From Candidatus Latescibacterota bacterium (GTDB lineage: Bacteria > Latescibacterota > UBA2968 > UBA8231): 64,000 nt of DNA. Under the pieces are notes generated by a model. The model was not told the DNA's origin. It was given only the letters and a program-made list of their open reading frames with translations, and did no database searches. The stretch is taken from contig OY730476.1 of the NCBI GenBank assembly GCA_963422735.1, forward strand, positions 4,800,001 to 4,864,000, in the 5' to 3' direction. Below are positions 9,770-19,013 of this stretch, piece after piece. Position 1 is the first letter of the stretch; each line of letters opens with the position of its first letter. Position numbers and translations under genes: made by a program.

Positions 9770-10627
9770 ATGCACCGCTTCGACCAGATTCTCTACTACT
9801 TGCGCGAAAGCCCGATGCTGGCGGCCGGCCTGTGCATGATCCTGCTGGTGGTGCTCTTCGGGGTCTTGGGGCCGATCTTCGTCGATACCTCGCAGGCCCA
9901 GCCGCTGGCCACGCCGCCGCGACAAGCTCCCTCGCTGGAGCACCCCTTTGGCACCGACGACTCCGGCCGCGATCTCCTCGCTGTGATGGTGGTGGGCGTG
10001 CCACTGACTATGCGGATTGGTCTGTTGGCCGGCACGGTGGGGCTAGGGCTGGGCATTCTCCTCGGCTTTACGAGCGGCTATATGGGCGGCAAGATAGACA
10101 CAGTTATCCGCGGCTTCGTGGATACGCTGCTGACCGTGCCCGGCCTCGTGGTGCTAGTCTCCATCGCTTCGACGATCCGCGAGGAAATTAGCGTCAACAT
10201 CATGGCCTTGGTAGTGGCCTCGCTGGCGTGGATGTGGCCCACGCGCACGATTCGCTCGCAGGTTTTGACCATGCGCGAGCGGGCGTACGTACAGATGGCC
10301 AAACTCAATGGCATGAGCAACGCCGAGATCATTTGGAAGGAGCTTTTCCCCAATCTGCTGCCCTACCTCGCGGCCAATTTCACCAATGCCGTCAACTGGG
10401 CCATTCTCTCGTCAATTGGCCTAGAGGCCCTCGGCTTGGGGCCGCAAAACGATCCAACGGTCGGCATGACCATTTATTGGGCCATTACGTTCAGCGCGCT
10501 CATCCGCGGCATGTGGTGGTGGTGGGCGATTCCAATCCTCTTTATCGGCGTGATCTTCGTCGGCTTGTTGATGACCGCGGCTGGCTTAGACGAGCTGGCC
10601 AACCCCAAACAGCGCAAGGCCGTATGA
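9770..10627 (+). CDS. ABC transporter permease (OppC/DppC type)
   Basis: Start ATG 9770. HPFGTDDSGRD, YVQMAKLNGMS EAA loop, LEALGLG. Confidence 0.92.
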   Translation: MHRFDQILYYLRESPMLAAGLCMILLVVLFGVLGPIFVDTSQAQPLATPPRQAPSLEHPFGTDDSGRDLLAVMVVGVPLTMRIGLLAGTVGLGLGILLGFTSGYMGGKIDTVIRGFVDTLLTVPGLVVLVSIASTIREEISVNIMALVVASLAWMWPTRTIRSQVLTMRERAYVQMAKLNGMSNAEIIWKELFPNLLPYLAANFTNAVNWAILSSIGLEALGLGPQNDPTVGMTIYWAITFSALIRGMWWWWAIPILFIGVIFVGLLMTAAGLDELANPKQRKAV

Positions 10628-11631
10628 GCACAGCCGACAAAGAGGTCCTGCTGGACATTCGCGGCTTAGAGGTCCACTTTGAGACCCGGCGCGGCATTGC
10701 CCGAGCCGTCAATAAGGTCGATCTAACCCTGTACAAAGGCGAGCGTTTTGGCCTAGTCGGCGAATCCGGCAGCGGCAAGACCACGTTGATTTTGGCGCTG
10801 TTGCGGATGATCAAGACGCCGGGCCTCATCGCCGGTGGCAGCGCAACTTTAGACGACGGTACCGACCTGACTCAACTCGACCGCGAGCAAGTGCGGCAAG
10901 CCCGGCTCAAGCGGGTCGCCATGGTGCCGCAGGGTGCGATGAATTCGCTCAACCCGGTGATGAGAATCGGAGAGCAACTGATGCTGACGATGCGCGAGCA
11001 CGCGACCGATCAGCCCCCGCTGCCCAAGGCCGCGCAGTTGGAGCGTGCGGTCGAGCTGTTGGCCAAGGTCGGGCTGAAGCCGGAAGTGGCCCGTCTCTAC
11101 CCCCACGAATTGAGCGGCGGCATGAAGCAGCGGGCCTGCATTGCCCAGGCTATCTCGCTCAATCCACAGCTCATCTTGGCCGACGAGCCGACCTCTGCCC
11201 TCGACGTGGTGGTGCAGCGGCAAATCATGCAGACCTTGCGCCAGCTACAGCACCAGCTCAATGCCACCGTGCTCTTGGTGGGCCATGACATGGGCCTGAT
11301 GGCGCAGTTCGCCGAGCGCGTGGGCATCATGTACGGCGGCAAACTGGTCGAGGTGGGCCGGGTTGAGGAGATTTTTCACAATCCGCAACACCCCTACACT
11401 CAGCTCTTGATTTCCAGTATTCCCTCTTTTGAAACCAAGGGCGAGTTCAAGGGCATTCCCGGGGTTGCGCTGTCATTGTTGGACCCGCCGTTGGGCTGTC
11501 TCTTCCACCCGCGCTGCCCCCAGGCCATGCCCCAGTGCAGTCAGCGCATACCCGCCTTGAAAGCGGTCGCCCCCGACCACTTAGCGTCGTGTTTGTTGCA
11601 CGAGGAGGACGCAGATGCCCCCGCTTCTTGA
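10624..11631 (+). CDS. Oligopeptide/dipeptide-type ABC transporter ATP-binding protein (OppD/DppD type)
   Basis: Start ATG 10624. GESGSGKT, LSGGMKQR, ILADEPT, HPYT, GCLFHPRCP. Confidence 0.93.
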   Translation: MSTADKEVLLDIRGLEVHFETRRGIARAVNKVDLTLYKGERFGLVGESGSGKTTLILALLRMIKTPGLIAGGSATLDDGTDLTQLDREQVRQARLKRVAMVPQGAMNSLNPVMRIGEQLMLTMREHATDQPPLPKAAQLERAVELLAKVGLKPEVARLYPHELSGGMKQRACIAQAISLNPQLILADEPTSALDVVVQRQIMQTLRQLQHQLNATVLLVGHDMGLMAQFAERVGIMYGGKLVEVGRVEEIFHNPQHPYTQLLISSIPSFETKGEFKGIPGVALSLLDPPLGCLFHPRCPQAMPQCSQRIPALKAVAPDHLASCLLHEEDADAPAS

Positions 11632-12661
11632 GGCGCGCCACCTGCGCAAGGTCTTTCGCAGCGGCGGTCAGCGCTTCGGCGCAAGCATCGAGACCATAGC
11701 CGTCAGCGACTTTTCCCTGTCGATTGACGCCGATAGGCCCTCCTTTACCACGATTGCCGGCGAGTCGGGCAGCGGCAAGACCACGATCGCCCGCATGTTG
11801 CTCGGGGTGCTCGCCCCCAGCGCCGGCGAGGTGCTCTACCGAGGCCGCGATGTACACGATCTGCAAAAGGAGGAACGGCGGCAATTCCGCAAAGACGTAC
11901 AGGCGATTTTTCAAGACCCCTTTGAGGTGTACAACCCCTTCTACAAGATCGATCACATCCTGACGACGCCGGTGCGGAAATTTGGCTTGGCCGCGTCCAA
12001 GGCCGATGCATACGACAAGATACGAGAGGCCCTGCGCGCGGTCGGGCTGCGGCCCGAGGAAACGTTGGGTCGCTATCCCCATCAGCTTTCGGGCGGGCAG
12101 CGCCAGCGCATCACCATTGCACGTGCGCTGTTGCTCAAGCCCAAGCTGATCATCGCCGACGAGCCGGTGTCCATGGTTGACGCCTCGCTCCGCGCGACCA
12201 TTCTCTCCACCCTGCACGCGCTGTATCGAAACTTCGGCATTTCCTTCATCTATATCACCCACGACCTGACAACCGCGTACCAAGTCAGCGAGAACATCGT
12301 CGTCCTATTCCACGGAGCCGTGGCCGAGGCCGGCCACACCGAGAAGGTGATCAAGGACCCGCAGCACCCCTATACGCGCGAGCTAATTCACTCGATTCCC
12401 GTGCCCGAACCCGGGCGCGAGTGGATTGACGAAGCAGTAGAAGAAAAAGAAGTAGAAGATATAGAGGCCGAAGAAGTGGCTGCTGGCTGCCGCTATGTGC
12501 TGCGCTGTCCCCAGGCCATGGCCCAGTGTGCGACCGCGCCGCCGTTTTACCGGCTAGAGGCCGAGCGGGCGGTGGCTTGTTTTCTGCACGCTGAGTCGCC
12601 GGTGTTGGAAAGCGGCGATCTAAACGAAGTGTTTTCGGCTGCGGCCGACGCGCAGAAATAA
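11615..12661 (+). CDS. Oligopeptide/dipeptide-type ABC transporter ATP-binding protein (OppF/DppF type)
   Basis: GESGSGKT, FQDP, LSGGQRQR, ADEPVSM, HPYT. Confidence 0.93.
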   Translation: MPPLLEARHLRKVFRSGGQRFGASIETIAVSDFSLSIDADRPSFTTIAGESGSGKTTIARMLLGVLAPSAGEVLYRGRDVHDLQKEERRQFRKDVQAIFQDPFEVYNPFYKIDHILTTPVRKFGLAASKADAYDKIREALRAVGLRPEETLGRYPHQLSGGQRQRITIARALLLKPKLIIADEPVSMVDASLRATILSTLHALYRNFGISFIYITHDLTTAYQVSENIVVLFHGAVAEAGHTEKVIKDPQHPYTRELIHSIPVPEPGREWIDEAVEEKEVEDIEAEEVAAGCRYVLRCPQAMAQCATAPPFYRLEAERAVACFLHAESPVLESGDLNEVFSAAADAQK

Positions 12662-12678
12662 TTTTCCGGAGGAGTGCC

Positions 12679-14409
12679 ATGCAGGGTCTGTTGTTGTGCT
12701 TGGTGAGTGTGCTGTTGATCGGCTGCGGGGACGGGGGGCACAAGAGTGTGCCACGCGGCCGGACCTTGATCATGGATTGTTCGAGCTTGCAGGACTGCAG
12801 CGGGCAGATCAAGGACTACAACTCGTTTAATCCGTTTTTGCTGACCGGCGTTTCCAAGACAGGTTGGAACTTCCAGTACGAGCCGCTGTACTTCTACAAC
12901 GCCTACAGTCCGCAAGCCGACAACGTCATTCCTTGGATCGCCACCGGGCACGAGTACAACGAAGACTACACCGAGGTCACTATCTATATCCGCGAGGGAG
13001 TCGAGTGGAGCGATGGGCAATCGTGGACCGCGGACGACTTGGTCTTTACGATCAACATGCTCAAGGACAACGCGCCGCATCTGTCTTTTTCCACCGACAT
13101 GCAGACTTGGGTAAAGAGCGCGGTGGCCATTGACGCCCACGCGGCTAAAATCGCGCTTACCAAGCCCAATCCGCGCTTTGTCTTCAGCTACTTCACCAAC
13201 AACTTCGACAACGGCATCCCCATCGTACCCAAGCACATTTGGGAGGGCCAAGACCCACAGACGTTCAGCAACTTCGATCGGGAAAAAGGCTGGCCCGTGG
13301 CCAGCGGCCCATACGAGATCTTCATTTCCGTGCCCGCGCAGCGGGTGTGGGATTTGCGCCGAGGGTGGTGGGCGCAGAAGACGGGCTTTCGCCAGTCGCC
13401 GGCCGTGGAGCGCATCATCTACCTGACGCATATGGAGGAGACCAAGCGGGTGCAGAACTTGATCTCCAACGCCATGGACACCTGCCTCGACATCCGGCCG
13501 CCGAACATCCAGTCGATTCTCGACGCCAATCCCAGCGTCTCTACTTGGACTGGGAGCGACCTGCCGCACGGGTATCTCGATTGGTGGCCGGTGTGTTTGG
13601 GGTTCAACAACTTGGAGCCGCCGTTTGACGACCCAGCGATCCGCCGCGCCATCAACTACGCCATTGACCGCGACCAATTAGTGGCTATTGGTTGGCAGGG
13701 GGCCGGGACTAAATCGCACCTGCCACTGCCGGACTTTCCGCCCATCCGCCAATACACCGACCTGGTCCAAGACTTGGTGGAAAAGTACGAGATCGGCGTC
13801 CACGACCCGGCCAAGGCTGCGGCGATTATGGAGCGCAAGGGGTGGAGCAAGGACGCCGAGGGCTTTTGGACCAAAGAGGGCGAGCGGCTCAAGATCGTCA
13901 TCGACATTTTCGATATTTTTACAGACTTAGCACCGGTCTTGGTGGCGCAGTTGGAGCGGGCGGGTTTCGACGCCGACTTCCGCATGACGCCCGATGCGTT
14001 TTCGCGCATGGCGCAGGGCGCGGCGCGGGCTTTCTTGATGGGCAATGGCGCGAGCGTGCGCGATCCGTACTTCACCCTGCGGCTCTACCACAGCCGCTTC
14101 GTCCGGCCCACCGGCACGCACTCCGAGCGGTTTTGGCGCTGGTCAAACCCGGAGTTTGACGCGCTGGTTGATCAGATGGGGCAGATCGCGCCCGACGACC
14201 CGGTGCTGAAAACGCTCTTCCGCGAGGCCATGGAAATCTGGCTGGCCGAGCTGCCCTCCATCCCCATCGTGCAGTGGTATCACCGCATCCCGCACAACCA
14301 GACCTATTGGAAGAACTGGCCGTCGGCAAAAAACCCCTATATCAACAGCGCCTATTGGCACAACACGTGGCTTTTGGTGTTGCTCGGGCTGGAGCCGGTG
14401 GAGGGATAG
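12679..14409 (+). CDS. ABC transporter substrate-binding lipoprotein, family 5
   Basis: LLIGC lipobox. REGVEWSDGQSWTADDLVFT, PFDDPAIRRAINYAIDR, SNPEFDALV. Confidence 0.92.
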   Translation: MQGLLLCLVSVLLIGCGDGGHKSVPRGRTLIMDCSSLQDCSGQIKDYNSFNPFLLTGVSKTGWNFQYEPLYFYNAYSPQADNVIPWIATGHEYNEDYTEVTIYIREGVEWSDGQSWTADDLVFTINMLKDNAPHLSFSTDMQTWVKSAVAIDAHAAKIALTKPNPRFVFSYFTNNFDNGIPIVPKHIWEGQDPQTFSNFDREKGWPVASGPYEIFISVPAQRVWDLRRGWWAQKTGFRQSPAVERIIYLTHMEETKRVQNLISNAMDTCLDIRPPNIQSILDANPSVSTWTGSDLPHGYLDWWPVCLGFNNLEPPFDDPAIRRAINYAIDRDQLVAIGWQGAGTKSHLPLPDFPPIRQYTDLVQDLVEKYEIGVHDPAKAAAIMERKGWSKDAEGFWTKEGERLKIVIDIFDIFTDLAPVLVAQLERAGFDADFRMTPDAFSRMAQGAARAFLMGNGASVRDPYFTLRLYHSRFVRPTGTHSERFWRWSNPEFDALVDQMGQIAPDDPVLKTLFREAMEIWLAELPSIPIVQWYHRIPHNQTYWKNWPSAKNPYINSAYWHNTWLLVLLGLEPVEG

Positions 14410-14426
14410 GGGCGCGTCCCCGATAA

Positions 14427-14450
14427 CCTCGTCAAAGCACTACACCAAGC
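14427..14450 (+). repeat. Left copy of a 24-bp direct repeat flanking the MvaI-type R-M cassette (RHH antitoxin gene remnant)
   Basis: cctcgtcaaagcactacaccaagc matches 16551-16574 with one mismatch. The surrounding frame reads PDNLVKALHQAAVEHKLSRVAI. Confidence 0.85.
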
Positions 14451-14497
14451 TGCTGTCGAGCACAAGCTGAGTCGTGTCGCCATCGAAGAGAGACTTA

Positions 14498-15196
14498 ATG
14501 AACATAGAGAATATAGACCAGTTAAGTGAAAAATTATCTGAGATTAGGAATAAGGGGTATGTTGTTTCATTAAGGAGAGGTAATACTGGTATAGGTTACA
14601 CACTGGAGATGCTGCTTGGATTACAAGAAAATAATTTGCAGACCCCCGATTTTGATGCCATAGAGATAAAATCTCAAAGAAAAGAAGCCACCAATCGCGT
14701 AACCATGTTTACGTTTAATCGAGGCGTTTGGAAGATAGAACAAAAGGATGTGATTAAGGAGTATGGCTATATAGATACGAACGGTCGTTCTTCTCTATAT
14801 TGCGTCGTGAACAATATGACAAATAATCAAGGACTTTTTATAAAAGTTGAAGAAGAAATGGTTAGACTGTATCATGTGAACAAAACTCTTATTTGTCAAT
14901 GGCCTGGAGAAGGCTTAGTTGGGACATTCAAAGAAAAGATGCCCGCTCTGGTTATTGTTTATGCTGATACCCGTGTCAATTCAGATAAAAAGGAGGAGTT
15001 TTGGTTTAATGAAGCCTATCTCTTAACAGATCCGGATGAGGATAATTTCTTGGATTTGATTCGGAAAAATATAGTTATCATCGATATTAGAATGCACCTG
15101 CGAGATAATGATTCGGTACGAAATCACGGGACGGGTTTTAGAATCGAGGAAAGGTTCTTAAACTTATGCTTTGGAAGGAGGGTAAAAATACTATGA
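14498..15196 (+). CDS. MvaI/BcnI family type II restriction endonuclease
   Basis: RRGNTGIGYTLEMLLGLQENN...PDF..IEIKS (PD-(D/E)xK), VTMFT, RNHGTGFRI. AT-rich compared with the flanks. Alternative GTG start at 14474. Confidence 0.88.
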   Translation: MNIENIDQLSEKLSEIRNKGYVVSLRRGNTGIGYTLEMLLGLQENNLQTPDFDAIEIKSQRKEATNRVTMFTFNRGVWKIEQKDVIKEYGYIDTNGRSSLYCVVNNMTNNQGLFIKVEEEMVRLYHVNKTLICQWPGEGLVGTFKEKMPALVIVYADTRVNSDKKEEFWFNEAYLLTDPDEDNFLDLIRKNIVIIDIRMHLRDNDSVRNHGTGFRIEERFLNLCFGRRVKIL

Positions 15197-16440
15197 CAGT
15201 CAAGAATCGCAAATACAAAGACGAAACCTGGGACTTTAGAAAAGCAGATACCAAGAAATATACTCACTGTTTTCACAATTATCCCGCGATGATGATTCCC
15301 CAGGTTGCAAGAAATCTCTTAGATCGGTATGGTGGTGTAGATGGATGGTTATTAGATCCTTATTGCGGTACTGGTACATCCTTAGTAGAGGCATCTATGT
15401 TTGGGATGAACGGTATCGGATGTGATATCAATCCCCTTGTAAGGTTGGTCGCAATGGCCAAGACCTCTCCGATTTCCCTACGAACGCTTGATTTTCATTT
15501 GAGAGATTTAGACAACATTATTTTTCAAATTTGTTTCTCTAATCATATACCTTATACGCCAGTTCCCGATGTTCTAAATCTGGATTATTGGTTCTCCAGA
15601 GATGTTACAATATATCTGTCTTTTCTTCGTACTTACATTTGTGCCATAAATGATGAGGCGATTCGCAATTTCTTTTGGATCGCATTTTCAGAAACAGTTA
15701 GGGAATGTTCCTACACAAAGAATAGCGAGTTCAAGCTGAACAGAATATCGTCTCAGAAAATGAAAAATTTCAAGCCTGATGTTTTCGGCATTTTGCAGAG
15801 CAAGCTAATCCGAAATCGGCAGGGTTTTGAAAATTATCTAAACAAAAGAAAAAACGTCGAGATATTTGTCTCAGGTAAGAACACCGCAAATGGCGAGTTG
15901 CCCGAAAATCAACCATTGGGAGGATTCGATTTGATTATCACCTCTCCTCCGTATGGCGATTCACAAACAACAGTTGCGTATGGGCAATTTTCGCGTTTGT
16001 CGGCTGATTGGATTGGCCTGATTGATTCGCGCAAAGTTGACCGAATATCAATGGGCGGCAAAAAAAAAGAAAGAAGATTGTGTGCGGCTCCAGTTGCGGA
16101 GGCTATTGGAAAAATTCGTGCCATAGATGAAAAACGCGCTATCCAGGTCGAGGCATTTTACATAGATTTGGAGCATAGCATAAATTGTATTGCGCCGCTG
16201 CTGGCAAAGCATGCGACGATTTGCTATGTGGTTGGTAATCGCAGGGTTAAAGATGTCATCCTTCCGACGGATGAGTTTGTCGTTTTTGCCTTTGCTCAGC
16301 ATGGATTTTCTCACCGGGAAACCATCGTTAGGAATATACCCAATAAACGCATGCCCCAAAAGAACAGCCCTTCCAACATTGTGGGTAAGACGGCTGCCAC
16401 AATGCAAGAGGAAAACATCGTTGTTTGCCAACGGCTGTGA
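15193..16440 (+). CDS. N4-cytosine DNA methyltransferase (M.MvaI-like, alpha order)
   Basis: ATGA overlap with the REase. THCFHNYPAMMIPQ and LDPYCGTGT (motif I) precede ITSPPYGDS (motif IV). Confidence 0.9.
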   Translation: MTVKNRKYKDETWDFRKADTKKYTHCFHNYPAMMIPQVARNLLDRYGGVDGWLLDPYCGTGTSLVEASMFGMNGIGCDINPLVRLVAMAKTSPISLRTLDFHLRDLDNIIFQICFSNHIPYTPVPDVLNLDYWFSRDVTIYLSFLRTYICAINDEAIRNFFWIAFSETVRECSYTKNSEFKLNRISSQKMKNFKPDVFGILQSKLIRNRQGFENYLNKRKNVEIFVSGKNTANGELPENQPLGGFDLIITSPPYGDSQTTVAYGQFSRLSADWIGLIDSRKVDRISMGGKKKERRLCAAPVAEAIGKIRAIDEKRAIQVEAFYIDLEHSINCIAPLLAKHATICYVVGNRRVKDVILPTDEFVVFAFAQHGFSHRETIVRNIPNKRMPQKNSPSNIVGKTAATMQEENIVVCQRL

Positions 16441-16518
16441 TGTAAATTGATCAAAGGTCATGCGCGTTATGGCCTTACGACAAATCGGAGATGAGCGGCG
16501 GTTTAGGAGATCAACCCC

Positions 16519-16654
16519 ATGCACCAGATAACTACTCGCCTACCCCATGGCCTCGTCAAAGCACTAGACCAAGCCGCGGCACAACTTTATGGAGCGGCTG
16601 CGCGATCCTGCCGACCCGGTGCTGGATTGGGATCAGGTCCGGTACGCACACTAG
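16519..16654 (+). pseudogene. Internally deleted ribbon-helix-helix (CopG/RelB-like) antitoxin; contains the right copy of the direct repeat (16551-16574)
   Basis: AGGAGA RBS, then MHQITTRLPHGLVKALDQAAAQL joined out of frame to MERLRDPADPVLDWDQVRYAH*. The central helix is missing. Confidence 0.7.
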
Positions 16655-16690
16655 TCAGTTCGGCTTAACACCCCCACGAGAAGAACCACC

Positions 16691-17557
16691 ATGCGCTATC
16701 GGCGATTTGGGCGCACACAATTGCAAATGAGCGCAGTCAGCTTGGGCGGGGCCTACTTGGGCGGCCAAGATCCAGAGTGCGCCGAGGAAAACGCCCGGGC
16801 GATTGTGCGGCGTGCGCTGGATTTGGGCTGCAATTACATCGACACGGCACCGCTCTACGGGGCGAGCGAAGAACTGCTGGGCAAGGTGCTGGCCGGGGAG
16901 CATCGCCCCTTTTACTTGGCGACCAAGGTAGGGTTTAAGCCGGAGGGATTTGACTACCGGCGCGATTCGGTCTTGCAGAGTTTGGAGCGTAGCTTGGCCT
17001 TGCTGGGCAAGGCCAAGCTCACGGTGGCGCAGATCCACGAGGTGAACATAGCGGGCTGGGAGAGGATCGTGGAAAAGGGCGGGACTTTGGAAGGGTTGCG
17101 CGCCGCGCAAAAACAGGGGCTGTGCGATTTTATCGGCGTGACGGGCCGGGCCATCCCCCTGCTGGCGCGGCTGGCGGCGACCGGCGAATTCGACGCGGTG
17201 CTGTGCTACCACGACTACCATCCCTGTGTGCAGTTAGCGGCAAAGGCCGTCTTGCCGGCTGCCGAGCAAAGCGATATGGGCGTGGTGCTGGCGACGGTGT
17301 TGGCTGGGGGCCTGTACGTGGCGGGCAAGGGCCAGCATGCGGCAGTGGAGCGTCGGTTTGAGCGCGAGGAAGAGCGGCAACGCGCTTGGGCGACGATCGC
17401 TCGGCTGGAGCAGGAAGAGTCAACGCTGCCGCAGAGCGCGTTTCGCTGGGTCTTGGCCGACGAGCGAGTCTCGACCGTGGCCAGCGGCGCGGCGAGCGTT
17501 CAGGAGCTAGAGGAAGTGGCGCAGGTCGGGGACATGACGCCGCTGGAGCACTGTTAG
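16691..17557 (+). CDS. Aldo/keto reductase
   Basis: YRRFGRTQL, NYIDTAPLYG, LATKVG, SLERSL, QIHE. Confidence 0.92.
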   Translation: MRYRRFGRTQLQMSAVSLGGAYLGGQDPECAEENARAIVRRALDLGCNYIDTAPLYGASEELLGKVLAGEHRPFYLATKVGFKPEGFDYRRDSVLQSLERSLALLGKAKLTVAQIHEVNIAGWERIVEKGGTLEGLRAAQKQGLCDFIGVTGRAIPLLARLAATGEFDAVLCYHDYHPCVQLAAKAVLPAAEQSDMGVVLATVLAGGLYVAGKGQHAAVERRFEREEERQRAWATIARLEQEESTLPQSAFRWVLADERVSTVASGAASVQELEEVAQVGDMTPLEHC

Positions 17558-17573
17558 GAACTGGCGTTACTCA

Positions 17574-17668
17574 GTAGGGACAGCTCGAGGTGCGGGGTAT
17601 TTGTTCCAACGAATCGGCCCCAGGTTGCCCTGTGCGGCGGGGCGGGCGCCCACAAGGGACGCCCCTAC
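17574..17668. repeat. REPIN-like inward-facing pair of GTAG-type REP elements
   Basis: Minus-strand GTAGGGGCGTCCCTTGTGGGCGCCC (17644-17668) is nearly identical to 43996-44020. A degenerate plus-strand GTAGGGAC starts at 17574. Confidence 0.65.
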
Positions 17669-17725
17669 GACGGCCGACGGCACTGCTATCAAGACCCGAG
17701 CCGGTCCCAAGGGCCTAGGCCAGCT

Positions 17726-17849
17726 ACTGACCACTGACCACTGACCACTGACCACTGACCACTGACCACTGACCACTGACCACTGACCACTGACCACTGA
17801 CCACTGACCACTGACCACTGACCACTGACCACTGACCACTGACCACTGA
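17726..17849. repeat. Heptamer tandem array (ACTGACC)x17 plus a partial unit
   Basis: Perfect 7-bp units. On the minus strand the array reads (GTGGTCA)n immediately after the stop codon at 17851. Confidence 0.98.
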
Positions 17850-17850
17850 T

Positions 17851-18903
17851 TCACATCCAGCCGTGCTGGCCAGTAACGGGCGCACCGGAAGTCTGGGTTT
17901 GCCAATGTGGGCCGCGGCCGAGCTTGACCTCGCGGCGGGTGAGGGACGAGGCTTCGGCCGCGAAGAGGATTTCCATGATGTGCCGCCCGTATTGGCCGTG
18001 AGTCGGCGGCTCGATGTTGAGCGCGATGGCCTCGGCAAAGCTCTTCCACTCGTGGTACATTTCAGTTGGCGCGTCCTCAAAAGGGACATCTTCCCACGTA
18101 TCGCCTTGGCCTATTTTGACGTACTTCTCGCCGTGTTGGCTGAAGCGCAGCGAGCCGTTGGCGCAAATTACTTGGCATTCAAAATTCGGTGCTCCATCCG
18201 CGTACCCCACGGCTACGGCCGTGCCGGCGAGGCCGTTCTTGTAGCGGATAAAGGCCGTGGCCGAATCGTCGCTGGCTTGGTAGTGAGCGCGGGTGCCAAT
18301 GGCGGCCGAGACCGACACAGCTTGCGAAGCCATCACCCACGTGAGCCGATCGGCGACGTGGACCCCGTTGGTCAACCACATGCCGCCGCCGTGGAAGCGA
18401 CTGCGGTATTGGGGCCGCCGGCCGGCGAAATTCCAATTTTTCGACATGTAGCTGACAGCCGTAATCACCGGGCCGAGTTGGCCGGAGTCGAGAATTTCCT
18501 TGGCCTTGAGACTCGTGCTGTAAAAGTGCTGCGATAGCCCGACCATCAGCTTGACATTGTTTTCGGCGGCGGCAGCGACCATGGTGTCGCATTGCGCTAG
18601 GCTGATGGCCATGGGCTTTTCGACGAGCACGTGCTTGCCAGCGCGGCAGGCGTCAATGGTGAGCTGGTGGTGCAACTGGTGCCCGAGCACGACGGCGACC
18701 GCATCGATGTCGGCATCCTGCAAGAGTTCGTGGTGCGTTGAATAGCCCTTGGGGATGTGGTACTGGTCCATGTACTCGCGTCGCTTTTCCTCAAACAGAT
18801 CGGCGACCGCGACGACTTCTACGTCGTCGAGATGGGCGATTGAATCGCAGTGGGAGCGGGCGATGCCGCCGAGGCCAATGATGCCAACCTTGAGATCTGC
18901 CAT
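17851..18903 (-). CDS. Gfo/Idh/MocA family oxidoreductase
   Basis: Start ATG 18903 (MADLKVGIIGLGGIA). GKHVLVEKPMA, GGGMWLTNGVH. Confidence 0.93.
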   Translation of the reverse strand: MADLKVGIIGLGGIARSHCDSIAHLDDVEVVAVADLFEEKRREYMDQYHIPKGYSTHHELLQDADIDAVAVVLGHQLHHQLTIDACRAGKHVLVEKPMAISLAQCDTMVAAAAENNVKLMVGLSQHFYSTSLKAKEILDSGQLGPVITAVSYMSKNWNFAGRRPQYRSRFHGGGMWLTNGVHVADRLTWVMASQAVSVSAAIGTRAHYQASDDSATAFIRYKNGLAGTAVAVGYADGAPNFECQVICANGSLRFSQHGEKYVKIGQGDTWEDVPFEDAPTEMYHEWKSFAEAIALNIEPPTHGQYGRHIMEILFAAEASSLTRREVKLGRGPHWQTQTSGAPVTGQHGWM

Positions 18904-19013
18904 AGGGTGTCCTTTGGTGTGAACGAAGGGTTTGCTAAGTATAGAATGCGGCTTACCCGGCCACAAACCGCCGCACATTTGCGCCGAAATAAATTATGCC
19001 CTAAGATGCTCTG

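Noticed and set aside
16441-16505. Possible RelE-type toxin remnant next to the antitoxin pseudogene
   Set aside because: Only a few weakly suggestive residues; too short to support.
17726-17849. Possible CRISPR array (also 41810-41962)
   Set aside because: The units are contiguous 7- or 14-bp repeats with no unique spacers, and there are no cas genes in the window.
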